A stretch of DNA of 64,000 nucleotides from a virus (IMGVR_UViG_3300032144_000001:9293-73292); one strand, 5' to 3'. Positions 19,169-26,581 are shown, counted from the stretch's first letter. Notes: a model not told the origin generated them from the sequence alone. A program made the numbers and translations.

Positions 19169-19834
19169 TTATTTATATTTCCATTTAAATCCTCCAATAG
19201 AATTCTTTTTACTCTTACAACAGCTACTTATATGACTGGCAGCTATTTTCAGAGTATTAGAAGCCAAAGTAATAGATTCCCATTCTTTAATAAATTCTCC
19301 ATTTATAGAGAATTGGATAACGATAGATTTTCTTTTACTTGGTTTATTTTTTAGTCTTTCAGAAGTAATCTTTCTAAGTTTTTCTATATGTTCTTTTGTG
19401 GGAGATAATCTTCTATTAGATTTACTCATTTTCAGTTTAGTTTCTTCAGATAATTTTCTTCCCCTATTCTTTTTAGCTGTTTTTTCTACTGACTCAGGAT
19501 TTTGTTTAACTCCTCTTCTACTTTTAGCAATTGGGCAAATGTTATATCCATTGGGAATAACACAGTTTAATATATCAATCCAATATTGCTCTCTTTCTAT
19601 GAGATTATCAGTTAATTCTATAACATCAACAGATAGATAAGATTCTCCATGTTTATTGAAAACATTTTGTAAATATTTATTAGAATGTTTGTTATTTTTA
19701 AGATCGCTCAAATGTGAACTTATTCTTTGGAATAAATTTTTTGCACTACCGATGTATATTTTATTAGTGCTATAAATTTTATAAATACCTGATTTATTAT
19801 TATAACTTAAATAATCTAAATTTATCATGTACAA
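19169..19834 (-). CDS. GIY-YIG homing endonuclease
   Basis: GIYKIYSTNKIYIGSAKNLFQR (GIY ... YIG), conserved Arg and Glu downstream, basic C-terminal DNA-binding region. Confidence 0.75.
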   Translation of the reverse strand: MYMINLDYLSYNNKSGIYKIYSTNKIYIGSAKNLFQRISSHLSDLKNNKHSNKYLQNVFNKHGESYLSVDVIELTDNLIEREQYWIDILNCVIPNGYNICPIAKSRRGVKQNPESVEKTAKKNRGRKLSEETKLKMSKSNRRLSPTKEHIEKLRKITSERLKNKPSKRKSIVIQFSINGEFIKEWESITLASNTLKIAASHISSCCKSKKNSIGGFKWKYK

Positions 19835-20100
19835 ATATAACGAATTGCTTTTACTTTACCTTGCTTCTTGTTAGCCATGTTATGTATTTGTTAATTAGTT
19901 TATAAAATTGCTAGAATACCACGTTAAAACTTAAAAACCGTTAGTACTAGACTTTCGTGCACAGTTTTGTAGGATTGCAAAATAACTCTCACAAGGTTGC
20001 ACCTTAATAATGATCTAATGGTATGAATGCTTTAGCAATACCACCAATAGTTTAATCACCCGCAAATTGGATGAGAGTTATTTAATGCTATTTTTAATGT

Positions 20101-20129
20101 AAAGAAAAAAGAGGATTATTCATCCTCTT
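20101..20129 (-). terminator. intrinsic terminator, possibly bidirectional (AAGAGGAT ... ATCCTCTT)
   Basis: 8-bp inverted repeat flanked by an A-run upstream and T-run downstream. Confidence 0.5.
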
Positions 20130-20485
20130 TTAATATCTTCAATATAAGATCGACATTGATTTTCAAGCCATCCTATTTCCATTTCTGGAATATCACCAAA
20201 TACCTTCTTAGCAACTTCTCTACATTCTTCAATTACTTGTGTTTTAACACCTTGTTGCCAATAAGTGATGGTTGGATATGTGATATACTTTGATTCAGAG
20301 TAATTTACAGCATCAGGGAAACTTTCACCTTTTCCCTTATATAAACAGAAACTACCCCTACCACAAACCTCTTCAATTGCATTTATAAGCTCTTGAGGAG
20401 AACGAACTGGTATACCACCACTAGCATAACGGGATGAATATTCTAATTGTAGATATCCATTATGATTAACTAATTCTATGGTCAT
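20120..20485 (-). CDS. hypothetical protein (121 aa)
   Basis: ORF track. Confidence 0.4.
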   Translation of the reverse strand: MTIELVNHNGYLQLEYSSRYASGGIPVRSPQELINAIEEVCGRGSFCLYKGKGESFPDAVNYSESKYITYPTITYWQQGVKTQVIEECREVAKKVFGDIPEMEIGWLENQCRSYIEDIKRG

Positions 20486-20547
20486 AATATTATTAATTTA
20501 GTGTGTTTTAATATTGAAAAGCGTATTTAAAGGCTAGAATAGCCTAA

Positions 20548-20808
20548 TTAACCAACTAAATGAATATGATCTACAGTAGCATCATATGGTCTTAATGTTG
20601 GTGACCATAGAAATACTGATTTATCCCCTGCCTGAATAGCACTATCATCCATTTCATGAAAATAGTCAAAATCATGTTGAGCACTCTCTTTATTATGATA
20701 AAAGTCTCTATTTCGTGAAATAATACCATCTAATGAGATAGTATTATATAAAACTGTCCATTTTGGTGCTTCCATAGTTATTTGTTTAAAAATACCCTTT
20801 CTTGCCAC
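20548..20808 (-). CDS. hypothetical protein (86 aa)
   Basis: ORF track. Confidence 0.35.
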   Translation of the reverse strand: MARKGIFKQITMEAPKWTVLYNTISLDGIISRNRDFYHNKESAQHDFDYFHEMDDSAIQAGDKSVFLWSPTLRPYDATVDHIHLVG

Positions 20809-20960
20809 TTATTATCGTATTCCACCATTAAAGCTCTAAGTTTCTCAATATAATCCTTCTCAGTAATACGATCAGCATTATAATCCAATCTTAGCTGTTT
20901 ATAGGTAATCATTAGATCACCCATCATACGGCACATATCTTCATCATATGTATCTTCCAT
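20778..20960 (-). CDS. hypothetical protein (60 aa)
   Basis: ORF track. Confidence 0.3.
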   Translation of the reverse strand: MEDTYDEDMCRMMGDLMITYKQLRLDYNADRITEKDYIEKLRALMVEYDNKWQERVFLNK

Positions 20961-21385
20961 AGCTATTTGAATTTAAATTGTTTTATTAATGCTATTATTA
21001 TCAAGTAAACTAGACAAAATGTAAAGTATAGTTGACACTTGTTTAAGGTTAAGGGTTATTACCTCAACAAAATCACACTTATTCAATAAATATTTATCGA
21101 TTATCGATAAATGATTGACCATTTAACAACCTATTTGTCAAATATATTGCTTATTTGGAGTAAAATGTTCTCTTTATATATAGAGTATAGTACATTAAGG
21201 TATGTACATTACCAAATATTCTTTGGTTCAACACGACTCTGATAAAAATTAATCAGAATATTGTTTGGTTATTATTTAATTTAGCAAATATTCATGGGTT
21301 TTGTACCCAATTATTACCCATTAGACCCAAGTATGTATATATAATAGAGAGAAAAGCTCCCTTAGGAGCTAATCTCTTCCAATTA

Positions 21386-21784
21386 CTACGCAATAGTCTC
21401 TTCTGCTGAGAATTCAAAGGTTTCAGCCTTGTCAATTTCAGCAAGAGTGAAGGACTCACCAATCTCACCTTGAGGTGCAACAAGGAAATAACCAGTGTCA
21501 TTCTTAATAACATTGAGTGACAACAATGCCTTAAGAACCGCAACTTTCTTCACACCTTTAGAGATAGCTGATTTAACCATCGCAGAGACATTCTTTGATG
21601 TCACTACTTGCTTATTTGGTGCATCATTACCCTTTTCAGTGATAAGAATGGTAACTTGCTTGTCAGCTTTAATCTTGGCAAACTTGATAGAATCACCTTT
21701 GTCAAGACCTTCACGCAAAGTACCAAGTTCTTCTGCATTCCACTCAGTACTGTTGAATTTTACTTCATTTAATTCGAATTTCAT
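21386..21784 (-). CDS. hypothetical protein (about 133 aa), first gene of minus-strand block
   Basis: ORF track gives 21386..21895, but the N-terminal extension runs through a G-rich non-coding-looking element; internal Met at 21784 (MKFELNEV) preferred. Confidence 0.45.
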   Translation of the reverse strand: MKFELNEVKFNSTEWNAEELGTLREGLDKGDSIKFAKIKADKQVTILITEKGNDAPNKQVVTSKNVSAMVKSAISKGVKKVAVLKALLSLNVIKNDTGYFLVAPQGEIGESFTLAEIDKAETFEFSAEETIA

Positions 21785-22094
21785 AATTTTGTTTTTTAAA
21801 GTTTTGATACACGGGGAGCCACCCAACTCCCCAATTTTAGGAGGGGTGGGGAATAGGAAGTAGTCATACATCCCTTTCACATAAAAAATTTCCAAAAAAT
21901 AAAAAATAAAATTTGGAATTTATAATAATCCTACCTATATTTACCCCATGATTCAAAATATCCATAGTTATCGCCCCCAACAGCTACTCCAAAATAGTAG
22001 AGGTGATTTCTATGCTTATATGAAAACATAATTGTAATTGTTTTTTTAAGTGTGTAAAAGCCTCTAGTCAAAAACTAGGGGCTTTTTTATTTAT

Positions 22095-22169
22095 AAGGTA
22101 TTGGAGGAGTTTGCAGTCCTCGCTAGTCTTGGTAACTAGAGATCGCAGGTTGGAATCCTGCATACCTTA
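22095..22169 (+). tRNA. tRNA-Pro (anticodon TGG)
   Basis: Manual fold: acceptor AAGGTAT/ATACCTT, D stem GAGG/CCTC, anticodon stem CTAGT/ACTAG with loop CTTGGTA, T arm GCAGG-TTGGAAT-CCTGC. Confidence 0.65.
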
Positions 22170-22171
22170 CT

Positions 22172-22242
22172 TTTCATATAGTATAATGAATGTACGCAGA
22201 ACTTTGGATTCTGAGGTTTGGGATTGTGACCCAATATGAAAA
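22172..22242 (+). tRNA. tRNA-Gln (anticodon TTG)
   Basis: Acceptor TTTCATA/TATGAAA, anticodon stem CAGAA/TTCTG with loop CTTTGGA, T stem TTGGG/CCCAA with unusual loop ATTGTGA. Confidence 0.55.
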
Positions 22243-22244
22243 CT

Positions 22245-22320
22245 GTGTCTGTGTAGTGTTGGTTATCTACAACAGGATTGTGGCTCCTGTTTTTCGTGGG
22301 TTCAATTCCCATCAGACACC
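22245..22320 (+). tRNA. tRNA-His (anticodon GTG)
   Basis: Acceptor GTGTCTG/CAGACAC, anticodon loop TTGTGGC, T arm GTGGG-TTCAATT-CCCAT; D-arm register uncertain. Confidence 0.5.
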
Positions 22321-22324
22321 TAAT

Positions 22325-22395
22325 ACCCACTTAGTTCAACGGAAGAATCTCTGAATACGGATCAGAGGATAGGAGTTCGAATCTCTTAGAGGGTA
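22325..22395 (+). tRNA. tRNA-Arg (anticodon ACG)
   Basis: Anticodon stem TCTGA/TCAGA with loop ATACGGA, T arm AGGAG-TTCGAAT-CTCTT, acceptor with one mismatch. Confidence 0.55.
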
Positions 22396-22400
22396 CATAT

Positions 22401-22476
22401 GCTTCTGTAGTCAAATTGGTAAAGGCGTCAGATTTAGACTCTGAAGATTTTGATGGTTCGACTCCATCCAGAAGCA
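22401..22476 (+). tRNA. tRNA with anticodon TAG (Leu by anticodon) but short variable region
   Basis: Perfect acceptor GCTTCTG/CAGAAGC, T arm GATGG-TTCGACT-CCATC, anticodon stem TCAGA/TCTGA with loop TTTAGAC. Confidence 0.5.
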
Positions 22477-22479
22477 CAA

Positions 22480-22565
22480 CTCCAAGCAGCTATGAAGGTG
22501 GAATAGCACCAGACTGTAAATCTGGCACATTAGAAACACAGTAGGTTCGAATCCTACCTTGGAGA
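22480..22565 (+). tRNA. tRNA-Tyr (anticodon GTA), long variable arm
   Basis: Acceptor CTCCAAG/CTTGGAG, D stem GCTA/TAGC, anticodon stem CCAGA/TCTGG with loop CTGTAAA, 15-nt variable arm, T arm GTAGG-TTCGAAT-CCTAC. Confidence 0.65.
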
Positions 22566-22675
22566 CAAAAATAAACAGTATAAAGTTTGGAAGTTTCAAA
22601 AAGACTTCCTACATTTGTATTATGAAAGTAGATAGTCATATTCAGGAACAAGAAATAGAGGGTGAGGAGCTTAAT

Positions 22676-22749
22676 GCTCTTATCGTCTAATTGGACTAGG
22701 ACATTACACTTTCAATGTAAGAATACCAGTTCGAACCTGGTTTAGAGCA
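22676..22749 (+). tRNA. tRNA-Glu (anticodon TTC)
   Basis: D stem GTCT/GGAC, anticodon stem TTACA/TGTAA with loop CTTTCAA, T arm ACCAG-TTCGAAC-CTGGT, acceptor with one mismatch. Confidence 0.55.
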
Positions 22750-22773
22750 CTAAAAAGTTAAACTAAATAGAAA

Positions 22774-23007
22774 ATGATTACTAACAACGATCAATTAACT
22801 TTTGAGGACATATCCTCAGAAGAGTATCGAGTGTATGAGTTTCCAGGAAATTCAACAATCACAATTAAAAATCCTACACATTTAAATGTATCTAGAAGTG
22901 GAGGACATAGAGTATTAGATGCTGAAAGAATATCACATTATATCCCAAAAGGATGGATACATTTGAGTTGGAGAGCTAAAGAAGACCAACCTGCATTTGT
23001 AAAATAA
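22774..23007 (+). CDS. hypothetical protein (77 aa) between tRNA arrays
   Basis: ORF track; stop overlaps start of HNH gene. Confidence 0.4.
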   Translation: MITNNDQLTFEDISSEEYRVYEFPGNSTITIKNPTHLNVSRSGGHRVLDAERISHYIPKGWIHLSWRAKEDQPAFVK

Positions 23008-23399
23008 TGCGAAAAACAAAAAAGGAGCAGCTAGGAATGAATATTTCTACGGCTACTAATAGATTAAGAAAAGAAATACTATTTTCTTTTTTTAATAAAT
23101 TAGGTTTAAATGAATGTTGTAGATGTGGTAAACCTATAACAGATGTGAATGATTTTACTATGGATCACAAAATACCTTGGAGAAATAAAGAAGATGCTAA
23201 GAGTTTATTTTTTGATTTGAATAATATAGGATTTAGTCATCTTAAATGTAATTCTGGGGCAATATCAGTTAAAGCAAAACATCCTAGTCCTTCTTCTTAT
23301 AAGAAGGGGTGTAGATGTGATGAATGTAGGAAGTTAAATACAGAAGCTGTAAATAAATACAGAAATACTAGAAAGTTAAAAAAATATGAAAAGAAATAA
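23007..23399 (+). CDS. HNH endonuclease
   Basis: CCRCGKPITDVNDFTMDHKIPWRNKEDAKSLFFDLNNIGFSHLKCN contains a Cys pair plus the His-Asn-His core. Confidence 0.65.
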   Translation: MRKTKKEQLGMNISTATNRLRKEILFSFFNKLGLNECCRCGKPITDVNDFTMDHKIPWRNKEDAKSLFFDLNNIGFSHLKCNSGAISVKAKHPSPSSYKKGCRCDECRKLNTEAVNKYRNTRKLKKYEKK

Positions 23400-23497
23400 T
23401 TGGTTTAATAATGCAGCAGCCTTTACCACAACAGATTGTGGTAAGGGATTATTGTATTGTTGGAACTAATTGAAAAATATATCTCAAGATATACTAA

Positions 23498-23530
23498 GGT
23501 TCCAACTAAAAATTGGGACCTTTTTTATTT
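23498..23530 (+). terminator. intrinsic terminator (GGTTCCAA ... TTGGGACC plus T-run)
   Basis: 8-bp stem with one G-U pair, followed by TTTTTTATTTT. Confidence 0.55.
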
Positions 23531-23531
23531 T

Positions 23532-23604
23532 ATGGGTCTGATGCGATGGCAAGCACATCTCACTTGCAATGAGTATGTATTCGGTTCGATTCCGACAGTA
23601 TCCA
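23532..23604 (+). tRNA. tRNA-Ala-like (anticodon loop CTTGCAA, TGC) with unpaired acceptor stem; possible pseudo-tRNA
   Basis: T8, GG18-19 and A21 are present, canonical Ala anticodon loop, T arm TCGG-TTCGATT-CCGA, but positions 1-7 ATGGGTC do not pair with 66-72 AGTATCC. Confidence 0.35.
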
Positions 23605-23607
23605 CAA

Positions 23608-23681
23608 GCAGTAATAGCTCCTAATGTTAGAGCGGGAATCTTCCAAATTTCAGGTTGTGAGTTCGAGTCTCACTTACTGCA
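23608..23681 (+). tRNA. tRNA-Gly (anticodon TCC), followed by encoded CCA
   Basis: Perfect acceptor GCAGTAA/TTACTGC, D stem GCTC/GAGC, anticodon stem GGAAT/ATTTC with loop CTTCCAA, T arm GTGAG-TTCGAGT-CTCAC, then A-CCA. Confidence 0.7.
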
Positions 23682-23684
23682 CCA

Positions 23685-23759
23685 CGGATGTTAGGGGAGT
23701 TGGTCGTCCCTGTCTGGTTGTCTCCCAGAAGATCATGGGTTCGAATCCCATACATTCGG
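23685..23759 (+). tRNA. tRNA-Asp (anticodon GTC), tentative
   Basis: Acceptor CGGATGT/ACATTCG (one G-U), D stem GGGG/TCCC, T arm ATGGG-TTCGAAT-CCCAT; anticodon stem register ambiguous. Confidence 0.45.
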
Positions 23760-23764
23760 CATAA

Positions 23765-23836
23765 GGGTTAGTAGCTCCAATGTAGAGCAGGTCACTGTTA
23801 ATGACTTGGTTGATGGTTCAAGTCCATCCTTTCCCT
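23765..23836 (+). tRNA. tRNA-Asn (anticodon GTT) with two U-U mismatches in acceptor stem
   Basis: D stem GCTC/GAGC, anticodon stem GGTCA/TGACT with loop CTGTTAA, T arm GATGG-TTCAAGT-CCATC. Confidence 0.5.
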
Positions 23837-23841
23837 CACAC

Positions 23842-23913
23842 ACATAGGTAGTGTAACGGTTAACACGACAGTCTCCAAAACTGTTTATGGAGGTTCAAAT
23901 CCTTCCCTTTGTG
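23842..23913 (+). tRNA. tRNA-Trp (anticodon CCA)
   Basis: D stem GTGT/ACAC with GG loop, anticodon stem ACAGT/ACTGT with loop CTCCAAA, T arm GGAGG-TTCAAAT-CCTTC. Confidence 0.6.
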
Positions 23914-23920
23914 CTTTTAT

Positions 23921-23995
23921 TCCCTACGTAGCTCAAATAGGTAGAGCACTAGTTTTGTAAACTAGCGGTTTTCGGTTCAACTCCGAACTAGGGAT
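23921..23995 (+). tRNA. tRNA-Thr (anticodon TGT)
   Basis: D arm TAGCTCAAATAGGTAGAGC, anticodon stem CTAGT/ACTAG with loop TTTGTAA, T arm TTCGG-TTCAACT-CCGAA; one extra nucleotide between acceptor and D stem. Confidence 0.55.
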
Positions 23996-24001
23996 CTATA
24001 T

Positions 24002-24074
24002 TTCTCTGTAGCTCAATTGGAAGAGCAACAACCTTCTAAGTTGTAGGCTGATAGTTCGAATCTATCCAGGAAAA
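24002..24074 (+). tRNA. tRNA-Arg (anticodon TCT)
   Basis: D arm TAGCTCAATTGGAAGAGC, anticodon stem ACAAC/GTTGT with loop CTTCTAA, T arm GATAG-TTCGAAT-CTATC. Confidence 0.65.
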
Positions 24075-24077
24075 CAT

Positions 24078-24151
24078 GGACTTTAAGCTAATCATGGTGA
24101 AAGCAATCCCCTGAAGAGGGATAGAGTTTGGATCGTTACCAAAAGAGTCCA
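24078..24151 (+). tRNA. tRNA-Phe (anticodon GAA) with non-canonical T loop
   Basis: Acceptor GGACTTT/AGAGTCC, anticodon stem ATCCC/GGGAT with loop CTGAAGA, T stem TTTGG/CCAAA with loop ATCGTTA. Confidence 0.45.
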
Positions 24152-24154
24152 CAA

Positions 24155-24225
24155 ATCTAGTTGGTAGAGTGCTCATACAAAGGTCTGCAAAACCTTGTAC
24201 ATCGGTTGGAATCCGATACTAGATT
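24155..24225 (+). tRNA. tRNA-Cys (anticodon GCA)
   Basis: Perfect acceptor ATCTAGT/ACTAGAT, anticodon stem AAGGT/ACCTT with loop CTGCAAA, T arm ATCGG-TTGGAAT-CCGAT. Confidence 0.6.
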
Positions 24226-24268
24226 CATTTTTGTCAATAGCTGTTGATAAATTGTTGATAACTTTTCT

Positions 24269-24316
24269 CCCTGTATTTCAGTAGATTAACTATTGAAATC
24301 AGGGTTTTTATTTTTA
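24269..24316 (+). terminator. strong intrinsic terminator closing the tRNA array
   Basis: About 15-bp stem CCCTGTATTTCAGTAG ... CTATTGAAATCAGGG followed by TTTTTATTTTTAT. Confidence 0.65.
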
Positions 24317-24498
24317 TATACTTGACTTCTAATTAAATTGATTATAACTTTGGGGTGGTTGGGAGGGTTTTGAACTATAGTCCCATATAACAAGACACAC
24401 CAGATAGGAAAGAAAAGGATTTTAACCATAATATAGCATTTTCTTCTAATAAAGTTTGTTATTTATAAGAACATCTATTATATTTGTGATAATTACAT

Positions 24499-24849
24499 AT
24501 GGAAAATAAGACAATAGTTCAAAGGCTCAAAAGATCTGATAAAGATCTACTCTCTAAAGCACAGAGATACTACAGTATATTGTCAGCAGTTAATGATTTA
24601 AAACTTACTGATAGGGAGATTCAGTTGATAGCTTTCACAGCAGTTAGAGGTAATATTTCTTATTCTAATTATAGGGAGGAGTTTTGTTCTCTATACAACT
24701 CCTCCTCTCCCACTATCAATAATATTATCTCTAAACTGAAAAGACAGCTTATTCTTGTAAAGGATGCTTCTAAGGTGAAGGTCGATCCTAGATTGTTAGT
24801 TGATTTTAACAAAGATATTGTACTACAAGTTATATTAAAAAATGGATAA
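24499..24849 (+). CDS. hypothetical protein (116 aa), first gene of plus-strand block
   Basis: ORF track. Confidence 0.4.
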   Translation: MENKTIVQRLKRSDKDLLSKAQRYYSILSAVNDLKLTDREIQLIAFTAVRGNISYSNYREEFCSLYNSSSPTINNIISKLKRQLILVKDASKVKVDPRLLVDFNKDIVLQVILKNG

Positions 24850-25285
24850 ACCAACCTCAATGTCTGTAAAGGATTATTTAATGAGAACGATGTCTCTCAG
24901 AACCAATACTCCTTTAAAACATATAGAAGCTGTAGTAGAACATCAGTTCCAGGAAGCTCATGAGGCTATGAAAAAGGTCCATTCCGTAGAGTTATCTGGA
25001 TTTGGAAAGTTTATATTTAGTACTAAGAAAGTAGAAAGAGTTCTAGATGCTTCTCAGAAAAAGATAAAAATCCTACAGAATTCCCTATCTGGAGATTTAA
25101 CTGATACCGCTAGAAAAAAGATTGAAACAAAGATAGAGACATTAACTAAGTATATAGAAATATTGAAATCAAGATTATATGGAGATATTAAAGATAATAG
25201 AGGGTTGGAGGAACAAATTGTTACCTCCGGAGGAATTGAGATCATTGATTCAGACAGTATCTCAGGAGAGAAAGAAAATTTGTGA
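24842..25285 (+). CDS. HU/IHF-like DNA-binding protein (147 aa)
   Basis: VELSGFGKF ... K..ER parallels the HU/IHF beta-arm region (for example VQLVGFGTFKV in HU). Confidence 0.5.
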   Translation: MDKPTSMSVKDYLMRTMSLRTNTPLKHIEAVVEHQFQEAHEAMKKVHSVELSGFGKFIFSTKKVERVLDASQKKIKILQNSLSGDLTDTARKKIETKIETLTKYIEILKSRLYGDIKDNRGLEEQIVTSGGIEIIDSDSISGEKENL

Positions 25286-25490
25286 TGGGTGTGAATGGAA
25301 TTCAGAAAATAGGAAAAAGAGTCATAATTATAAGAACTGGAGGCCATATGTACATTGCGTAGATTGCGGTTGTCCTTTAGATTCCAAACAAAAATGTTTA
25401 TCTTGTGAATGTCCTTTTAAATATTGGAAGGCTGAGATAAGTTCAGAAGAAGAGACTAAACTTAAAGAAGAATTAAATGGAAAGGATTAG
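25179..25490 (+). CDS. Cys-rich zinc-finger-like protein; start uncertain
   Basis: CDGCEWN ... HCVDCGC ... CLSCEC; overlaps the HU-like gene by 107 nt in another frame, so the real start is probably downstream or a frameshift is involved. Confidence 0.35.
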   Translation: MEILKIIEGWRNKLLPPEELRSLIQTVSQERKKICDGCEWNSENRKKSHNYKNWRPYVHCVDCGCPLDSKQKCLSCECPFKYWKAEISSEEETKLKEELNGKD

Positions 25491-25755
25491 AAGAATACCA
25501 ATTGAAAAGCTTATAGATGCACTGAAGGAAATATATGATTCAGGAGTGGATTTTGTGGATATATCAAAAGGTATATCTCCAGATTCTGAAGAAAGTGATT
25601 CAGTACTGGTTTCCTATACTAGAGATTATATAAATCCTGAGTATATAGAAGAGTTTGATAAATATGAAGCAGAACTAATAAAACAAATGGAAGAACAATC
25701 TAAAGAAAACGTTGAAATTAAGTTTTCTGATGAGGATATAAATGATATTATATGA
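25477..25755 (+). CDS. acidic hypothetical protein (92 aa)
   Basis: ORF track. Confidence 0.4.
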   Translation: MERIRRIPIEKLIDALKEIYDSGVDFVDISKGISPDSEESDSVLVSYTRDYINPEYIEEFDKYEAELIKQMEEQSKENVEIKFSDEDINDII

Positions 25756-26048
25756 GAAAAAAACCAAAAATTGATTATAGTAAACAGGTACTGGAGATCC
25801 TCCAGGAATTACATACTCTTTATCCCTCATATAGTATAGGAACTCATCTCTCTACAGTTTCTGATGAATTAGGTGATCTATGGGGAGCATCAGATAAAGA
25901 ACTTTACTATTCCCTAACTAAATACAAGGCACAGATGGAGATGTACATTCCACGTGAAACCTTTTCTGATGAATTAGAGATTGAAAAGATCATAGAAGAT
26001 AGTAAGAATCTATCAGCTTCCTCACTTTTAGAACAAACTGAAGATTAA
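25752..26048 (+). CDS. hypothetical protein (98 aa)
   Basis: ORF track. Confidence 0.4.
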   Translation: MRKKPKIDYSKQVLEILQELHTLYPSYSIGTHLSTVSDELGDLWGASDKELYYSLTKYKAQMEMYIPRETFSDELEIEKIIEDSKNLSASSLLEQTED

Positions 26049-26581
26049 TGGCTAAGAAAAGTGTATTTATAGAGGCTGAACCAGTTAAAAGATTTATAAA
26101 ACCTTCTCATATAAAAGGTAAGAAGTATTATTTATATGCTCATACAAGAGATGATAAGGAAGAACCTTTTTATTTTGGTATCGGAACAATAGATAAAGAT
26201 AAGTATTATTGGAGAGCTACTTGTCATATAAAAAGAAATATTATCTGGAAAAGAATTGTATCTAAATTAGGAAAGTATAATATTTTAATAATTGATGAAT
26301 CTGACAATAAACAGGATATATTGAATAAAGAAATACAATATATCAAATTAATGGGTAAGAAAAAGAATAAATCTGGTTGTTTAGCTAATTTAACTGATGG
26401 TGGAGAAGGATTGAAAGGTCATTCTATAATCTGGACAGATACTATGAGAAATAAGATCAGAGAAGCTAATAAAAGAAGAGTTATTTCAGATGAAACTAGG
26501 GAGAAATTAAGAATAGCTCTTAAAGCTAGAGGAATAATAAATAAACCAAGAAATGGCAAAAAAACAACAACTTCTAATTGA
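26048..26581 (+). CDS. GIY-YIG-like homing endonuclease (degenerate) with NUMOD3-like motif
   Basis: YYLYAH ... EPFYFGIGT (GIY-YIG-like); ISDETREKLRIALKARG resembles NUMOD3. Confidence 0.5.
   Translation: MAKKSVFIEAEPVKRFIKPSHIKGKKYYLYAHTRDDKEEPFYFGIGTIDKDKYYWRATCHIKRNIIWKRIVSKLGKYNILIIDESDNKQDILNKEIQYIKLMGKKKNKSGCLANLTDGGEGLKGHSIIWTDTMRNKIREANKRRVISDETREKLRIALKARGIINKPRNGKKTTTSN

Noticed and set aside
21785-21895. N-terminal 37-codon extension of ORF 21386..21895
   Set aside because: The extension runs through the GC-rich G-tract element and lacks an RBS. The internal Met at 21784 is preceded by an AT-rich leader.
22401-22476. Ochre-suppressor tRNA (anticodon UUA)
   Set aside because: The only anticodon-stem register that pairs (TCAGA/TCTGA) puts UAG, not UUA, at positions 34-36.
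22136-22599. Minus-strand ORFs 22136..22330 and 22411..22599
   Set aside because: They lie entirely across well-folding plus-strand tRNA genes.
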